Shown: one piece after another, positions 38,701-47,918 of the stretch
Layout: every line of letters starts with the position of its first letter
Numbering within the stretch: the first letter of the stretch is position 1
From: Bacteroidales bacterium
GTDB taxonomy: Bacteria > Bacteroidota > Bacteroidia > Bacteroidales > GCA-2748055
Reading direction: 5' to 3'
DNA length: 64,000 nucleotides
Assembly (NCBI GenBank): GCA_016936975.1
Contig: JAFGWU010000014.1
Location: 23,529-87,528, forward strand
Position numbers and translations under genes: made by a program
The notes under the pieces: model-generated
Told to the model about the DNA's origin: nothing
Database searches by the model: none
What the model saw: only the letters and a program-made list of their open reading frames with translations

Positions 38701-38806
38701 CGGTTTCTGTGCATTGATAAACAGAAATCTGTCACGTGAGGAATGGAATATGTATATCGGAGATGATATTCCTTACGAAAAAACCTGTCCGGAAAAAGAG
38801 CCATAA
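35783..38806 (+). CDS. nSTAND1-type NTPase, single TM helix, coiled coil and WD40 repeats
   Basis: NPFPGLRPF, FFGRE, Walker A GVPGIGKTS, Walker B LLIIDKLEEIF, LPMLQHAM, SHELLMQYW, TM PLIITGVAGIMAVTATGLFFG, WD40 repeats, terminal RNLSREEW..Y...PYEKTC. Confidence 0.88.
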   Translation: MTPKNPFPGLRPFTLEEANLFFGREKQVRAVLKLLNSNGIVFVTGVPGIGKTSLVQCGVAQEFLKTAGESARIISFCPGVDPIRSLVDAFMKNFPGKIGAMEDVVLLNGDVTLESWLKEHDLMHFNFLLIIDKLEEIFRDATLHDTKTGDNRVKRFVDLISGAVHVPEHKIRVAITIRSERIGECSACSELTGLLNRSHYMLPVMTRDNYREVIEGPLKQAGVSIDGNLLTQLLDETGEFVNRLPMLQHAMMRTFDHWKVQNKPSKPLSVINYESTGTLLKAVSQHADEAFSELGEKQKEICQIFFKTITEKNGVAEGISRPATIGKIAGIAQCATEEVIGVVNHFRSEGRIFLTPCHPQKLLPASTVDLSHELLMQYWDKLRLWVEEEASSVAMYRKLVKASALYQAGRIGLLRPPDLDLALRWKEEQKPRLEWAAQYNPAFERSMLYLNLSQEEYLKEQNKAVRLQKRKLRMPLIITGVAGIMAVTATGLFFGTREGSRQVEVASNVGAPSLETPEPVGFEAEVFPEDTLLSTATTLENREPEQREEEPDSRQESTLRENIEQERREVRIARTTSQEARRQQQVAAQNEQAAVEQMEQAETERQREYRNRLISKAKSIAVRSLQLSDDPDLQALLAVQAYRFNSENGGYRYDADIYRGLYNALKSKISDGYNVYSGHNYSVRSLAWYKRRNGFLSADSQGKILFMSGDFRNNRSNSLIANTGHVNEAVAISPDETLFACGTDGGGLYVFQMSDPSENYSFREAHGGKVQMLAFYDSGRRLVSAGADNTIMKWNLNSRTGELFAQLESRPTSMAVSNALTHLVVGTRDGKLVEYLFENPGDGRILYHNSGNPVMAVTYSPNDNQVVIGTLDGSVRIINRSNISSVITVKGPEARVTDLAYSNNGKFLAAASHDGNVYLWETSDWNEQPVVVGDNQGFVLTLCFSDDSRHFYSGSTKAPLLIGRPVESSLMVNGFCALINRNLSREEWNMYIGDDIPYEKTCPEKEP

Positions 38807-38820
38807 GTACCAAAAATTAA

Positions 38821-39861
38821 ATGATGAGGACCGGCCTGGTCATACTATTTTTTGTCATCGTTTATCCTTTCAACAATCTGATCGGGCAGGAAGAGTGTGA
38901 ACGCCTGTTAAGGATCGCCCGCGAACGATATGAAGCAGGTCGTGTTGAAGATGTTCCGGAACTTCTGAAAGATTGTCTCGCCTCCGGGTTAACCAGGGAA
39001 GACCAGATGGAGGCCTATAAGCTTATTATCAATTCCTATCTGTTTGATGGATTTTCCGAAAGAGCAGATTCGGTGATGTTATCCTTCCTGAATCGCTTCC
39101 CGGATTATAAACCTGCCGATGCTGATCCTGCAGAATTTCAGCAGCTGTTGGGTTCTTACCGGACCACTCCTGTTCTGTCGGTCGGTTGGTTATTTGGTGG
39201 AAACTTCTCCGTTCCCCAGCTCATCGAGGCTTACAGCACAGCTTCACCCCTGACGGACGACGGTACATTTAAATTTCCTGTTGCAGGCTTTCAGACAGCT
39301 CCTTTCTGCAATATCAGGATTGGAGAAAAGGCTGAAATGGGCTTTGAGTTGCGGTTCATGCAGAACCGTTTTAAGTATCGGACCCGGCCTTATACTTTTC
39401 TGGAGAATGAATACGTTGAACGACAAAACCGGCTGATAGTCCCGGTATCGTTTATTTACCGGATAGGCCCCGAGCAGAAAGCAGAACCTTATATCATCGC
39501 CGGAGCTGCCGCCGATTATCTTTTATCTGCCGCAGCCCATGCTTCGCGTTCCTACACAGAAACGGGGGATATGGTTTTTTCGGATGTGCTGCTCCCCCTT
39601 ACCGGGGTCACCGGGATGAGAAAAAGGTATAATGGATGGTTGTTCGCAGGAGGAGGCATCCGTCTGAACCTTCAACGTTCTTTCTGGTTTGCTGATCTTC
39701 GTTTCTGGGTTGGCTTGTCTTCAGCCAATAAGGGGGATGAACGTTATATCATACCCGATTTAAACTGGTTAATCTACTATGTGGATAACGATTTCAGAAT
39801 GAATTGTGTTACCTTTTCAATAGGCTACGCCCGGAATTTTTACAATCCCAAAAAGAGGTAA
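38821..39861 (+). CDS. Outer-membrane beta-barrel (porin/PorT-like) protein with N-terminal helical domain
   Basis: Signal peptide, helical/TPR-like N-terminus, alternating beta strands, C-terminal FSIGY strand. Confidence 0.7.
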   Translation: MMRTGLVILFFVIVYPFNNLIGQEECERLLRIARERYEAGRVEDVPELLKDCLASGLTREDQMEAYKLIINSYLFDGFSERADSVMLSFLNRFPDYKPADADPAEFQQLLGSYRTTPVLSVGWLFGGNFSVPQLIEAYSTASPLTDDGTFKFPVAGFQTAPFCNIRIGEKAEMGFELRFMQNRFKYRTRPYTFLENEYVERQNRLIVPVSFIYRIGPEQKAEPYIIAGAAADYLLSAAAHASRSYTETGDMVFSDVLLPLTGVTGMRKRYNGWLFAGGGIRLNLQRSFWFADLRFWVGLSSANKGDERYIIPDLNWLIYYVDNDFRMNCVTFSIGYARNFYNPKKR

Positions 39862-39866
39862 ACGTG

Positions 39867-41057
39867 ATGAGGAATTCCGTCGGGATATATATGGCTGCGA
39901 TGTTCTTCCTGTTCTCCTGTGAAGTTGGGATCTCGGAAGAACAATCGGATACATTCATCAAGTTCTACGGGAATTACCTTCTTGATTCAGGTTCCGATGT
40001 AGTCAAAACTGATGAGGGGGGGTATGCGGTTGCAGGCACGACCTCTATTCCCGATTCTGTCACGGCAATGGTATTGATGAAAACCGATGAATACGGCAAC
40101 CTTCTGAGAAGATTTCCAAGGTATTATACTGACGGAAGGGATTGCGGGACCAGATACCTGCTGAAACTGGATGACGGGTTTCTTTTATGCGGCTACGTAA
40201 TGGCCGACGGGATCGGCGGCAGATTTCAGGAAGATATTTGCCTTATCAGGACCACCATTGATGGTTCCGTTGTCTGGCGCAAAACTTTTGGTGGCAACGG
40301 AGACGAAAATGTCAATCATGTCGTGGAAGGAAATTCGGACGGGTTTGTCATTGCAGGCTACAGGGAGCTGGACAATGAAAAAGACTACTGGATATTTTCC
40401 ATCAGCGGGGATGGGGATTTTATAAGGGAGGTGCCGCCGCAGCCAATCCCGGATAACAGCGATGATATGGCCAATTGCCTGGTGAATGTTCAGGGTATGG
40501 GATATCTCTGTGCCTGCACTTATAATGATGATACCCATAAAGGGACCAACGTTCTGATGCTTGCAATCAACAATGATTTAAATACACCCTATAACATTTC
40601 CCTGGGAACGGATGGCAATGATTATGGAAAGGCCCTTATTAAAGGTGAAACGAATACCTATTATGTTCTGGGAAATACCCGGAATGAATCATCGGGGAAG
40701 ATGGAAATATTTGTTTACAGCCTGGAGATGGACGGATTAAGATTTATAAATTTTTCTGAGTTTGCAACGATCCGGTCGGATTCAGAGGACTTAACAGGAG
40801 AAAGGTTCGTTATGACAGCCCCTGGTAGTTTTGCCATCATCGGGTCGTCCGGCTATGACAATAATTATGATATTCTATTGCAATTTGTTGAACAGGGGAT
40901 ACCATCCGGACGATTCTATTTCGGGGAAACCGGTAACCAGACCGGTGCTGGCATTCTCGTTTCAGATGATGGGGGCCTGGTTTTTGTAGGAACAAATACC
41001 TATGAGGGAAATAGCATGATTTCGCTTGTGAAAACCAACATTAATGGTGAACTTTAG
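39867..41057 (+). CDS. Lipoprotein with beta-propeller-like repeats
   Basis: LFSC lipobox; repeated 'DGG/DEG..(Y/F)..G' and 'L.KTD..G' units. Confidence 0.72.
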   Translation: MRNSVGIYMAAMFFLFSCEVGISEEQSDTFIKFYGNYLLDSGSDVVKTDEGGYAVAGTTSIPDSVTAMVLMKTDEYGNLLRRFPRYYTDGRDCGTRYLLKLDDGFLLCGYVMADGIGGRFQEDICLIRTTIDGSVVWRKTFGGNGDENVNHVVEGNSDGFVIAGYRELDNEKDYWIFSISGDGDFIREVPPQPIPDNSDDMANCLVNVQGMGYLCACTYNDDTHKGTNVLMLAINNDLNTPYNISLGTDGNDYGKALIKGETNTYYVLGNTRNESSGKMEIFVYSLEMDGLRFINFSEFATIRSDSEDLTGERFVMTAPGSFAIIGSSGYDNNYDILLQFVEQGIPSGRFYFGETGNQTGAGILVSDDGGLVFVGTNTYEGNSMISLVKTNINGEL

Positions 41058-41082
41058 TAACGATGTCCGGAACCTGTTTGAA

Positions 41083-44000
41083 ATGAAGAGGAAAACACTA
41101 ATCCTGCTCCTTACGCTTCTTATATGCAGTTCACCATTCCTGAACGGGCAGACAGAACCCTATGCGATCCTGTCCAGGGGTTCACTGGGCGACCTGACGG
41201 AAAGAAACCTTGACGGGAGTCTGTTTTATGTGAAACTGCACGGGGAGCAGTTCTCAGACGCTACACTGTTCGCCGGGAATTTCAGCCTCACAACCTCAAT
41301 TCAAAATCTTTCGGTGAGCGAAGTTTTTTACAGGGGAGCCGATACCTGTATCTGCAGGTTGGTATATCCTGAAGGGGCTGATTTTGACGAGATTCAATCC
41401 ATTTCATTAACCATCGATGCATCCGAACTGGTGGGAAGCCAGGATGTGTCGAGTGCGAATACCCTCCCGGTGACTCCGCTGATTGAACCGGTCATAACAA
41501 ATGTTACGATTGCTGACCATCCTTATAAAATCGGGGATCAGGTCTATTGCACCATCACTGTTGAGACTGATTCAGAAGAGGATTATACCTATGACGGGGG
41601 AACCGTCGCCGGTCGTTCCCTTCAGGGATTCACCCGTACCGGGACTGTAGTCTATCAGGCCTATGTTACTGTCGAAGAGGGAGGACCGGCTTATGCCGCA
41701 GGGGAGGATATTCCTGTCAGTAACCTGCGGCTTTTCAATCCCGACGGATTTGTCTATGGTGAATTTTATAATGCCTTGATCTCTCAGCCAAACGATGTGA
41801 TCGATTCGGACCGGCCGGTTGTAAATTCCGCCGTTGTTAACGGGGGGACCTATCGTGTTGGACAGACTCTTTCCCTGGCAGTGACTGCCGACCAGTCAGA
41901 TTATGTTTTTGATCCCGTGCTGACCACCACCAATGGGATCCCTTTGACCGAATCCCGGGTATATGAAGGAATCGTCTCCGGTAATCAATATTACCTGAAT
42001 TATACAGTGGCAGAAGGAGATGATGATCTTCTGTCCGGACCGTTGCCGGTTGAAATCGTTATGATTGACCCGGTCGGAAATGCAAACATCAATCCCTTTA
42101 CTGCTGTTTCCGGTATCAATCCATTAATTGATGCCAACAGTCCACAATTGCTTTCTGCTGAAATTGTTGATCCGGATGTATGCATTATCGGGGACACCGT
42201 TCAAATGCTGCTTGATTTTAGTGAAGGCGGAATCTCGGCAAGGTCAGGAACACATGTAAACCAGATCCCCCTTGGAACACAGGTGAAATTTCAACCGGTT
42301 TCGGGCACACGGTACAGTTTAATTTATATAGTTTATGAAGGGGATCAGCAGGTTAATCCCGGTGAGCTCACTTATAATGTGGTTGTACAGGATCCTTTGG
42401 GCAATGAGTCATCTTCCGCCATCACTCCGTTAAACAATACGGTTTCGGTTTATGCAACCAGGCCTACGGCTGTGATTTCAGGCGAAGGAGAAATTTGCAG
42501 GGGTAGTTCCCATAAAATATCCGCAACATTTACCGGCGACGGGCCATGGGATGTAACTATTGAGGGAGACCAGGGATTCAACCAGTCCTTTTTCAATATT
42601 ACAAGCCCTTTCACGCTCTTTGTCAAGCCAACGGTTACAGAAACGTATGCCGTTACGGGTCTGTTTGATAAACATGGTAATTCCGGAACCGGCTATGGGT
42701 CCGTAGTGGTTAAGGTAAACCTGCCAACGCCGGTAACCATTCTCAATACACAGCTGGTCTATCTGAGGGATGCCGAGCCGGTTCAACTGCTTGGAGATCC
42801 TGAAGGAGGTGTTTTCTCAGGCGAAGGGGTTGAATCTTCAACAGGGATTTTTTATCCCGGGCTCGTGGATACATCAACCAATCAAACCACCATTATGTAT
42901 TTATATGTGAATGAATACGGTTGTTCAAGCAGTGCCACAAAGCAATTCACAGTGATTGATCAGGGTTATGCAATCTCCGGGTTGCCAGGTGTGGTGTGTG
43001 AGAATGATGATCCCTTTGAGGTTTCTGCTTTTAATGAATCGGGAAATCCGGGGATTTTCCGTTTACTGAAGGATGGAACGGATGTGTCATCTTCCGGATT
43101 AGCCGATCCGGATCCTGGGGATGATACGGTGATCATTATCCCGGGAGCCCTGGAAAGGGGATTTTATGATCTCGAGTACAGTTTTGAGTTCAATGAAGAA
43201 CGATACAGTTATCTTACACCCTTCTTTCTCGACCGGGTAGCGCATTTTGCGGTACTGAGTCCTGATTCAGTCTGTGCCAATGCCGGGCCAATCGAATTAA
43301 TTGTTACTCCAAACAGCGATTTCAATACGATTAACACGCATGTTTATACCGGTCAAGGTGTCAGCGGGAATCTGTCAACCGGTTATTTTTTCGATCCGGA
43401 GGAGGCGGATTCAGGAACCAATATGATCAATTACCAAATTACCTCCTCGGAAGGATGTGTAAAAGATACCAGCTTCATGATTGTAAAGCTGGATGTGCCT
43501 TTGCCTGATTTTGATGTAAGCACGGTTTGCATCCCTTCGGAGGGAGGGGAGGTATCCATGATAAACCTGACAAATAAACAGGAGCTGGTGAAGGAGTGGC
43601 TCTGGAATTTCGGAGATATCAACAGCGGTACACAAAATACCAGCACTCTGTTTGAACCGGTCCATCGTTATACTGCATCCGGAAACCGGACCATTCAGCT
43701 CAGGATCGGCACCACGGAAGGATGTATGGCCATCCTTCAGAAAACCATTGAATTTGCAGACAAACCCGTATCTGATTTCACATGGGTATCTGATTGTTAC
43801 AGTGAAACCCGGGGGATTGAGTTTGTAAATAAGTCCTCCAGTGACTCCCCCTGGTTACGTCACATCTGGACGATTTTTGAAAACTCGGGGAAGCCGGTCA
43901 ATACGATAACCCTGTCGGGTCCCACAAATATGGTTTATCAGTTTAGTAAAGTGGATGATTATCGGGTCCGCCTGGTTTGCGAAAATGTAAAGGGATGTAC

Positions 44001-45585
44001 AGACACCCTTGAGCGTTTGGTGGCTTTGAAACCCACCTTGATCTTAAATACCGATAATAGTTATTATGAAACGTTTGATCAATCGAATGGCCGTTGGGAT
44101 AGCCGGGCAGACAGCCTGAGCATATCCAGCTGGACCTACGGAGAACCCGATTTCGACGGTTTTGAATCGATGCCCGGCAATTTTGCATGGTTCACGGATC
44201 TTCCTGAGATTAAAACCGCTGAATCATCATGGGTTCAGAGTCCCTGCTTTGATATGACCGGCATGGAAAAACCGTTAATAAGACTCGACATTATGAAGAG
44301 TTTTAATGCCCGTTATGACGGAGCTGTTCTTCAATATACGCTGGATAATGGAAAAACGTGGCAGAACGTTGGAAGTGTGGATGACGGTATACAATGGTAT
44401 AATGCATCGGATATCATCAGCGCTCCCGGAGGCAGCAGCACCGGGTGGAGCGGAACAACTACGTTTAATCCTGATACCCGCTGGATTCAAGGTTCCCATG
44501 ATCTTAACGATCTCATAAACAGAAAAAATGCCGTATTCAGAATTGCCTATGCTTCGGATGGCAGCCCGGGGGAAGATAATCATGGCTTTGCCTTTGATAA
44601 TTTCTTTATCGGTGAGAGGACCCGTATGACGGTACTTGAATATTTTACCAACAGCAGCAGTTCTGCCTCACTGAGTGCAGACCGGATAGCCGATCAATTC
44701 ATTACCGGTATTGACAGTCTGGATGTGATCACGCTCCAGTATCACACAGCTTATCCGGGAGAGGACCCGATGAACCTGAACAATCCTTACCCGGCATCAG
44801 GCAGATCATTCTATTATGGAATTACCGAGGTGCCCTTTGCTGTTCTGAACGGGGGTACAAGGCAGGATCTTCAGTTTGATTTTGAGGCGGAAATTCCCCA
44901 ATCGATGGATGTAAGAATGATCGCCCTTGAATTACCAAAATTTGATATTCAAATCGAGGTGACCTTGAATGATGGAAACATGGATATGAATATCCGGTTA
45001 ACGGCACTGGATGATTATCCGGAGGATGAACTTTTACTGCATACCGTTATTGCAGAGCGCCTGGTAACTGGGTATAAGGGAAATAACGGGGATGATGAAT
45101 TCAGGAATGTGGTTCTTGAGATGCTGCCTGATCCTGCCGGTAAACTGATTCAAAAAGAGTGGTACCAGGGAGAATCATATATCCAGCCTTATTCATGGAC
45201 TATGGAACATTATGAGGATCAGGAAGAACTTATCGTGATCTCCTTTCTTCAGGAACGTCAGACCGGGGAGATCCTTCAGGCAGCAAAATGGGATGTTTTT
45301 TCAGCCACCGGAGTCACTACCCGGGACTGGAACGTGCGTGAACTCAGTATTTTCCCAAATCCGGTTTCCGATATATTGTTTGTTCTGACAGGTGAAAGGA
45401 ATAGTCAGGACCCGCTTCTGACCATTCTTGATCTGACCGGACGAAGGATAATGATCAGTCAGCCGGGACCCGGTAACAGCCCGGTTGAACTGCCGGTCAA
45501 CAATCTGCAAAAAGGGATTTATTTATTGAATTATTCTGAAAACGGATTGCTGAAGGGCCGGTGCAAATTCATCAAGATTGAGTGA
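41083..45585 (+). CDS. Large T9SS-secreted protein: Ig-like and PKD domains, adhesin/MAM-like domain, Omp28-like domain, type A CTD
   Basis: Signal peptide; PKD WLWNFGD...PVHRY; SPCFD...DGAVLQY..DNGKTW; LEYFTN..QYH..YPGEDP; C-terminus IFPNPVSD...DLTGR...KGIYLL. Confidence 0.82.
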   Translation: MKRKTLILLLTLLICSSPFLNGQTEPYAILSRGSLGDLTERNLDGSLFYVKLHGEQFSDATLFAGNFSLTTSIQNLSVSEVFYRGADTCICRLVYPEGADFDEIQSISLTIDASELVGSQDVSSANTLPVTPLIEPVITNVTIADHPYKIGDQVYCTITVETDSEEDYTYDGGTVAGRSLQGFTRTGTVVYQAYVTVEEGGPAYAAGEDIPVSNLRLFNPDGFVYGEFYNALISQPNDVIDSDRPVVNSAVVNGGTYRVGQTLSLAVTADQSDYVFDPVLTTTNGIPLTESRVYEGIVSGNQYYLNYTVAEGDDDLLSGPLPVEIVMIDPVGNANINPFTAVSGINPLIDANSPQLLSAEIVDPDVCIIGDTVQMLLDFSEGGISARSGTHVNQIPLGTQVKFQPVSGTRYSLIYIVYEGDQQVNPGELTYNVVVQDPLGNESSSAITPLNNTVSVYATRPTAVISGEGEICRGSSHKISATFTGDGPWDVTIEGDQGFNQSFFNITSPFTLFVKPTVTETYAVTGLFDKHGNSGTGYGSVVVKVNLPTPVTILNTQLVYLRDAEPVQLLGDPEGGVFSGEGVESSTGIFYPGLVDTSTNQTTIMYLYVNEYGCSSSATKQFTVIDQGYAISGLPGVVCENDDPFEVSAFNESGNPGIFRLLKDGTDVSSSGLADPDPGDDTVIIIPGALERGFYDLEYSFEFNEERYSYLTPFFLDRVAHFAVLSPDSVCANAGPIELIVTPNSDFNTINTHVYTGQGVSGNLSTGYFFDPEEADSGTNMINYQITSSEGCVKDTSFMIVKLDVPLPDFDVSTVCIPSEGGEVSMINLTNKQELVKEWLWNFGDINSGTQNTSTLFEPVHRYTASGNRTIQLRIGTTEGCMAILQKTIEFADKPVSDFTWVSDCYSETRGIEFVNKSSSDSPWLRHIWTIFENSGKPVNTITLSGPTNMVYQFSKVDDYRVRLVCENVKGCTDTLERLVALKPTLILNTDNSYYETFDQSNGRWDSRADSLSISSWTYGEPDFDGFESMPGNFAWFTDLPEIKTAESSWVQSPCFDMTGMEKPLIRLDIMKSFNARYDGAVLQYTLDNGKTWQNVGSVDDGIQWYNASDIISAPGGSSTGWSGTTTFNPDTRWIQGSHDLNDLINRKNAVFRIAYASDGSPGEDNHGFAFDNFFIGERTRMTVLEYFTNSSSSASLSADRIADQFITGIDSLDVITLQYHTAYPGEDPMNLNNPYPASGRSFYYGITEVPFAVLNGGTRQDLQFDFEAEIPQSMDVRMIALELPKFDIQIEVTLNDGNMDMNIRLTALDDYPEDELLLHTVIAERLVTGYKGNNGDDEFRNVVLEMLPDPAGKLIQKEWYQGESYIQPYSWTMEHYEDQEELIVISFLQERQTGEILQAAKWDVFSATGVTTRDWNVRELSIFPNPVSDILFVLTGERNSQDPLLTILDLTGRRIMISQPGPGNSPVELPVNNLQKGIYLLNYSENGLLKGRCKFIKIE

Positions 45586-46786
45586 GCAGGAACGCTCCGA
45601 ATCGCTTTCCGAAATCCACCAATTGCATGGCTTTCTCCCCGCCGGGATAAAATTTGGACGGGAGACCCTCCATAACCACATTGAACTTCAGGTTTTTCAG
45701 ATGATCCTCAATGAGCTTGACCGCTTCACCACTCCAGCCATAGGAGCCAAAAACGGCGGCCGGTTTTCCCTTGTCCCTGATGGGAGACATAATGGAAAAT
45801 AACCTGTATACCGGAAGAAGGGTGTTCTGGTTGATCGTTGGGGATCCTATCAGAATAGAATCTGCCCTGACCATTTTTTCCTCCAGGTCACCCAGATGGA
45901 TATGTTCAATGTCCACCATATCGATATCGAAACTGCCGGTCTGTTCCAATCCTTCTGCAATCCTTGCCGCCATTTCGCCGGTATAACCATATGCTGAGAT
46001 ATAGGCAATCAGTACCCTGTTCCTCTGCCCCGATTCCTGCAGGTAGTCCGTGGCATACTGCCTGGAGAGATCTACCTTTTCTTTCCAGGTGGACCGCAAA
46101 ATTGGTCCGTGGCCGGGACAGATCATCCTGATGGAGAGAGGAAGGATTTTTTCTATCGCCTTCAGCATGAATTTACTGTATGGTTTCAGGATGACATCAA
46201 AATAATATTTGAATGCTTCCCTGTAGTCTTTTTCTTCTATCAGGTCGTCGAACATCGCCTCTTGAGCGTAATGTGCACCAAAGGAGTCGCAGGTGAACAA
46301 TATCCGGTCTTCTTCCAGATAAGAGTAGATTGTATCGGGCCAGTGCAGGTTCGGTGCTCCGATGATCCTGAGTTTTTTATTGCCGAGATCCACAATGTCG
46401 CCATCCTTCACCTTCAGGGATTTGAATGGGCCTTCAATCATTTCCGAAAGGTAGTTGAGTGCCTGCCCGCTCCCGATGACCGTGGCATCCGGCGCCAGCT
46501 TTAAAAGCTGCCCGATACACCCGGAGTGATCAGGTTCTGTGTGATTGCATAGGATGAATTCGACCTCTTCCGGTCTGACCACCTTACGGAGTTTGGCTTC
46601 ATACTCCGGCCAGAAATATTTTTTTACAGTTTCAACAACGGCCTTCCTGTCGGCATTAATGAAATAAGAATTGTAGGTGGTGCCGAATTGAGTCTCCATT
46701 ACAATATCGAAGGTGACAATGTCATGATCCAGTACCCCGATCCAATGTACGTCGTCGCTTACCTGCAAAATATCCAGCTTGTTCAT
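45572..46786 (-). CDS. fprA: FprA-family flavodiiron protein (O2/NO reductase)
   Basis: GTTYNSY, NHTEPDHSG, LHWPD, CDSFGAH, PGHG, flavodoxin SAYGYT and FGSYGWSGEA. Start set at MNKLD. Confidence 0.95.
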   Translation of the reverse strand: MNKLDILQVSDDVHWIGVLDHDIVTFDIVMETQFGTTYNSYFINADRKAVVETVKKYFWPEYEAKLRKVVRPEEVEFILCNHTEPDHSGCIGQLLKLAPDATVIGSGQALNYLSEMIEGPFKSLKVKDGDIVDLGNKKLRIIGAPNLHWPDTIYSYLEEDRILFTCDSFGAHYAQEAMFDDLIEEKDYREAFKYYFDVILKPYSKFMLKAIEKILPLSIRMICPGHGPILRSTWKEKVDLSRQYATDYLQESGQRNRVLIAYISAYGYTGEMAARIAEGLEQTGSFDIDMVDIEHIHLGDLEEKMVRADSILIGSPTINQNTLLPVYRLFSIMSPIRDKGKPAAVFGSYGWSGEAVKLIEDHLKNLKFNVVMEGLPSKFYPGGEKAMQLVDFGKRFGAFLLTQS

Positions 46787-46837
46787 GATCTGTTCTAAAT
46801 TTGCCGGGATAAAGATAGGAAGTTTATCAACATGAAT

Positions 46838-46869
46838 AAAAAAGCTGCCCCTCATGACGGAGCAGCTTT
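46838..46869 (-). terminator. Intrinsic terminator after the small secreted protein
   Basis: Minus strand reads AAAGCTGCTCCGTCATGAGGGGCAGCTTTTTT, a GC stem followed by a U-tract. Confidence 0.8.
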
Positions 46870-46906
46870 CATAAAAGCACAATCTGAACTGAACGAACTT
46901 TAACTT

Positions 46907-47146
46907 CTATTTTTTCTCATCGCACTCCTTGATGCAGGATTTCTTTTCACTGCAATCTTCAGCACATGTTTTCTTCTCAGCTTTTGTACAATCTTTTTCA
47001 GTCCTTGCTTCAGATTTTTCAGGCTCTTTTTTATCCTTTTTTTCAGGATCTGTCATGACCACGGAATCCTTTGCTGAACTGATTGTCCCTGCTATTGCCA
47101 CTGAACTGATTCCTCCCAGGAACACAGCAAGTGCTAAAATGACCAT
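46907..47146 (-). CDS. Small secreted Lys/Glu/Cys-rich protein
   Basis: Signal-like N-terminus, charged C-terminus with 5 Cys, and its own terminator. Confidence 0.65.
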   Translation of the reverse strand: MVILALAVFLGGISSVAIAGTISSAKDSVVMTDPEKKDKKEPEKSEARTEKDCTKAEKKTCAEDCSEKKSCIKECDEKK

Positions 47147-47264
47147 TGATTTCTTTATGACTATTAAGTTAAAAATGATGATTGTCTAATATTTATCGGG
47201 GCCAATATATTAAACAGATTGAAGCCGGACTGTTAACGGGATGTTAAAAAAAGACAAACAGGTC

Positions 47265-47918
47265 TTATTTTATCCGGGCAATGGGGGTGACCCCTCCGAT
47301 TACGGATTCATGCAGCTTTACCAGGATCTCTTTATCATGGGGTATGAACAGGTCTACGCGGGATCCGAATTTAATAAAACCCAGCTCTTCCCCCTGCCTG
47401 ACTGATTTCCCCACCTCCGCGTAACATTTTACCCTTCGTGCCACGAAACCGGCAATTTGCCTGACAAGGATGGACAGATCTCCGTTCTTTATGCCAACGG
47501 AAGCGTGTTCGTTCAGTTCGGAGGATTTCGGATGTCTTGCAACGAGATATTTTCCGGGATGGTATTTTTGATAAATGATGCGTCCCTCAATCGGATAGTA
47601 GTTCACATGGACATCGTGGATGCTCATGAAGATGGAAACCTGTATGCGTTCTTCCTGAAAAAATTCCGATACCCTGACCTTTTCAACAGCCACAATGCGA
47701 CCGTCGGCCGGAGCCACAATTAACCTTTCGTCCTGGACAAATCTTCGATCAGGATTTCTGAAGAACCTTATCAGTAAAACCAGGAGAACAACAGACGCAA
47801 TAGATAGGATCGTAAAAATCCTGTAATCCAGGAACAGGACCATTAATATATTAATCCCCGCCAGGAGTAAGACTGAGATGGCAACAACTGTTCGACCCTC
47901 CTTATGAATCCTGATCAT
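47265..47918 (-). CDS. psd: Phosphatidylserine decarboxylase proenzyme
   Basis: FFRNP, APADG, SIFMS..DVH, QIAG..ARR, IKFGSRVD self-cleavage site. Confidence 0.94.
   Translation of the reverse strand: MIRIHKEGRTVVAISVLLLAGINILMVLFLDYRIFTILSIASVVLLVLLIRFFRNPDRRFVQDERLIVAPADGRIVAVEKVRVSEFFQEERIQVSIFMSIHDVHVNYYPIEGRIIYQKYHPGKYLVARHPKSSELNEHASVGIKNGDLSILVRQIAGFVARRVKCYAEVGKSVRQGEELGFIKFGSRVDLFIPHDKEILVKLHESVIGGVTPIARIK

Noticed and set aside
35783..38806. Avs-type antiphage STAND system
   Set aside because: There is no nuclease, TIR, SIR2 or protease effector, the sensor is a TM-separated WD40, and there is no defence-island context. Defence is not excluded but is unsupported.
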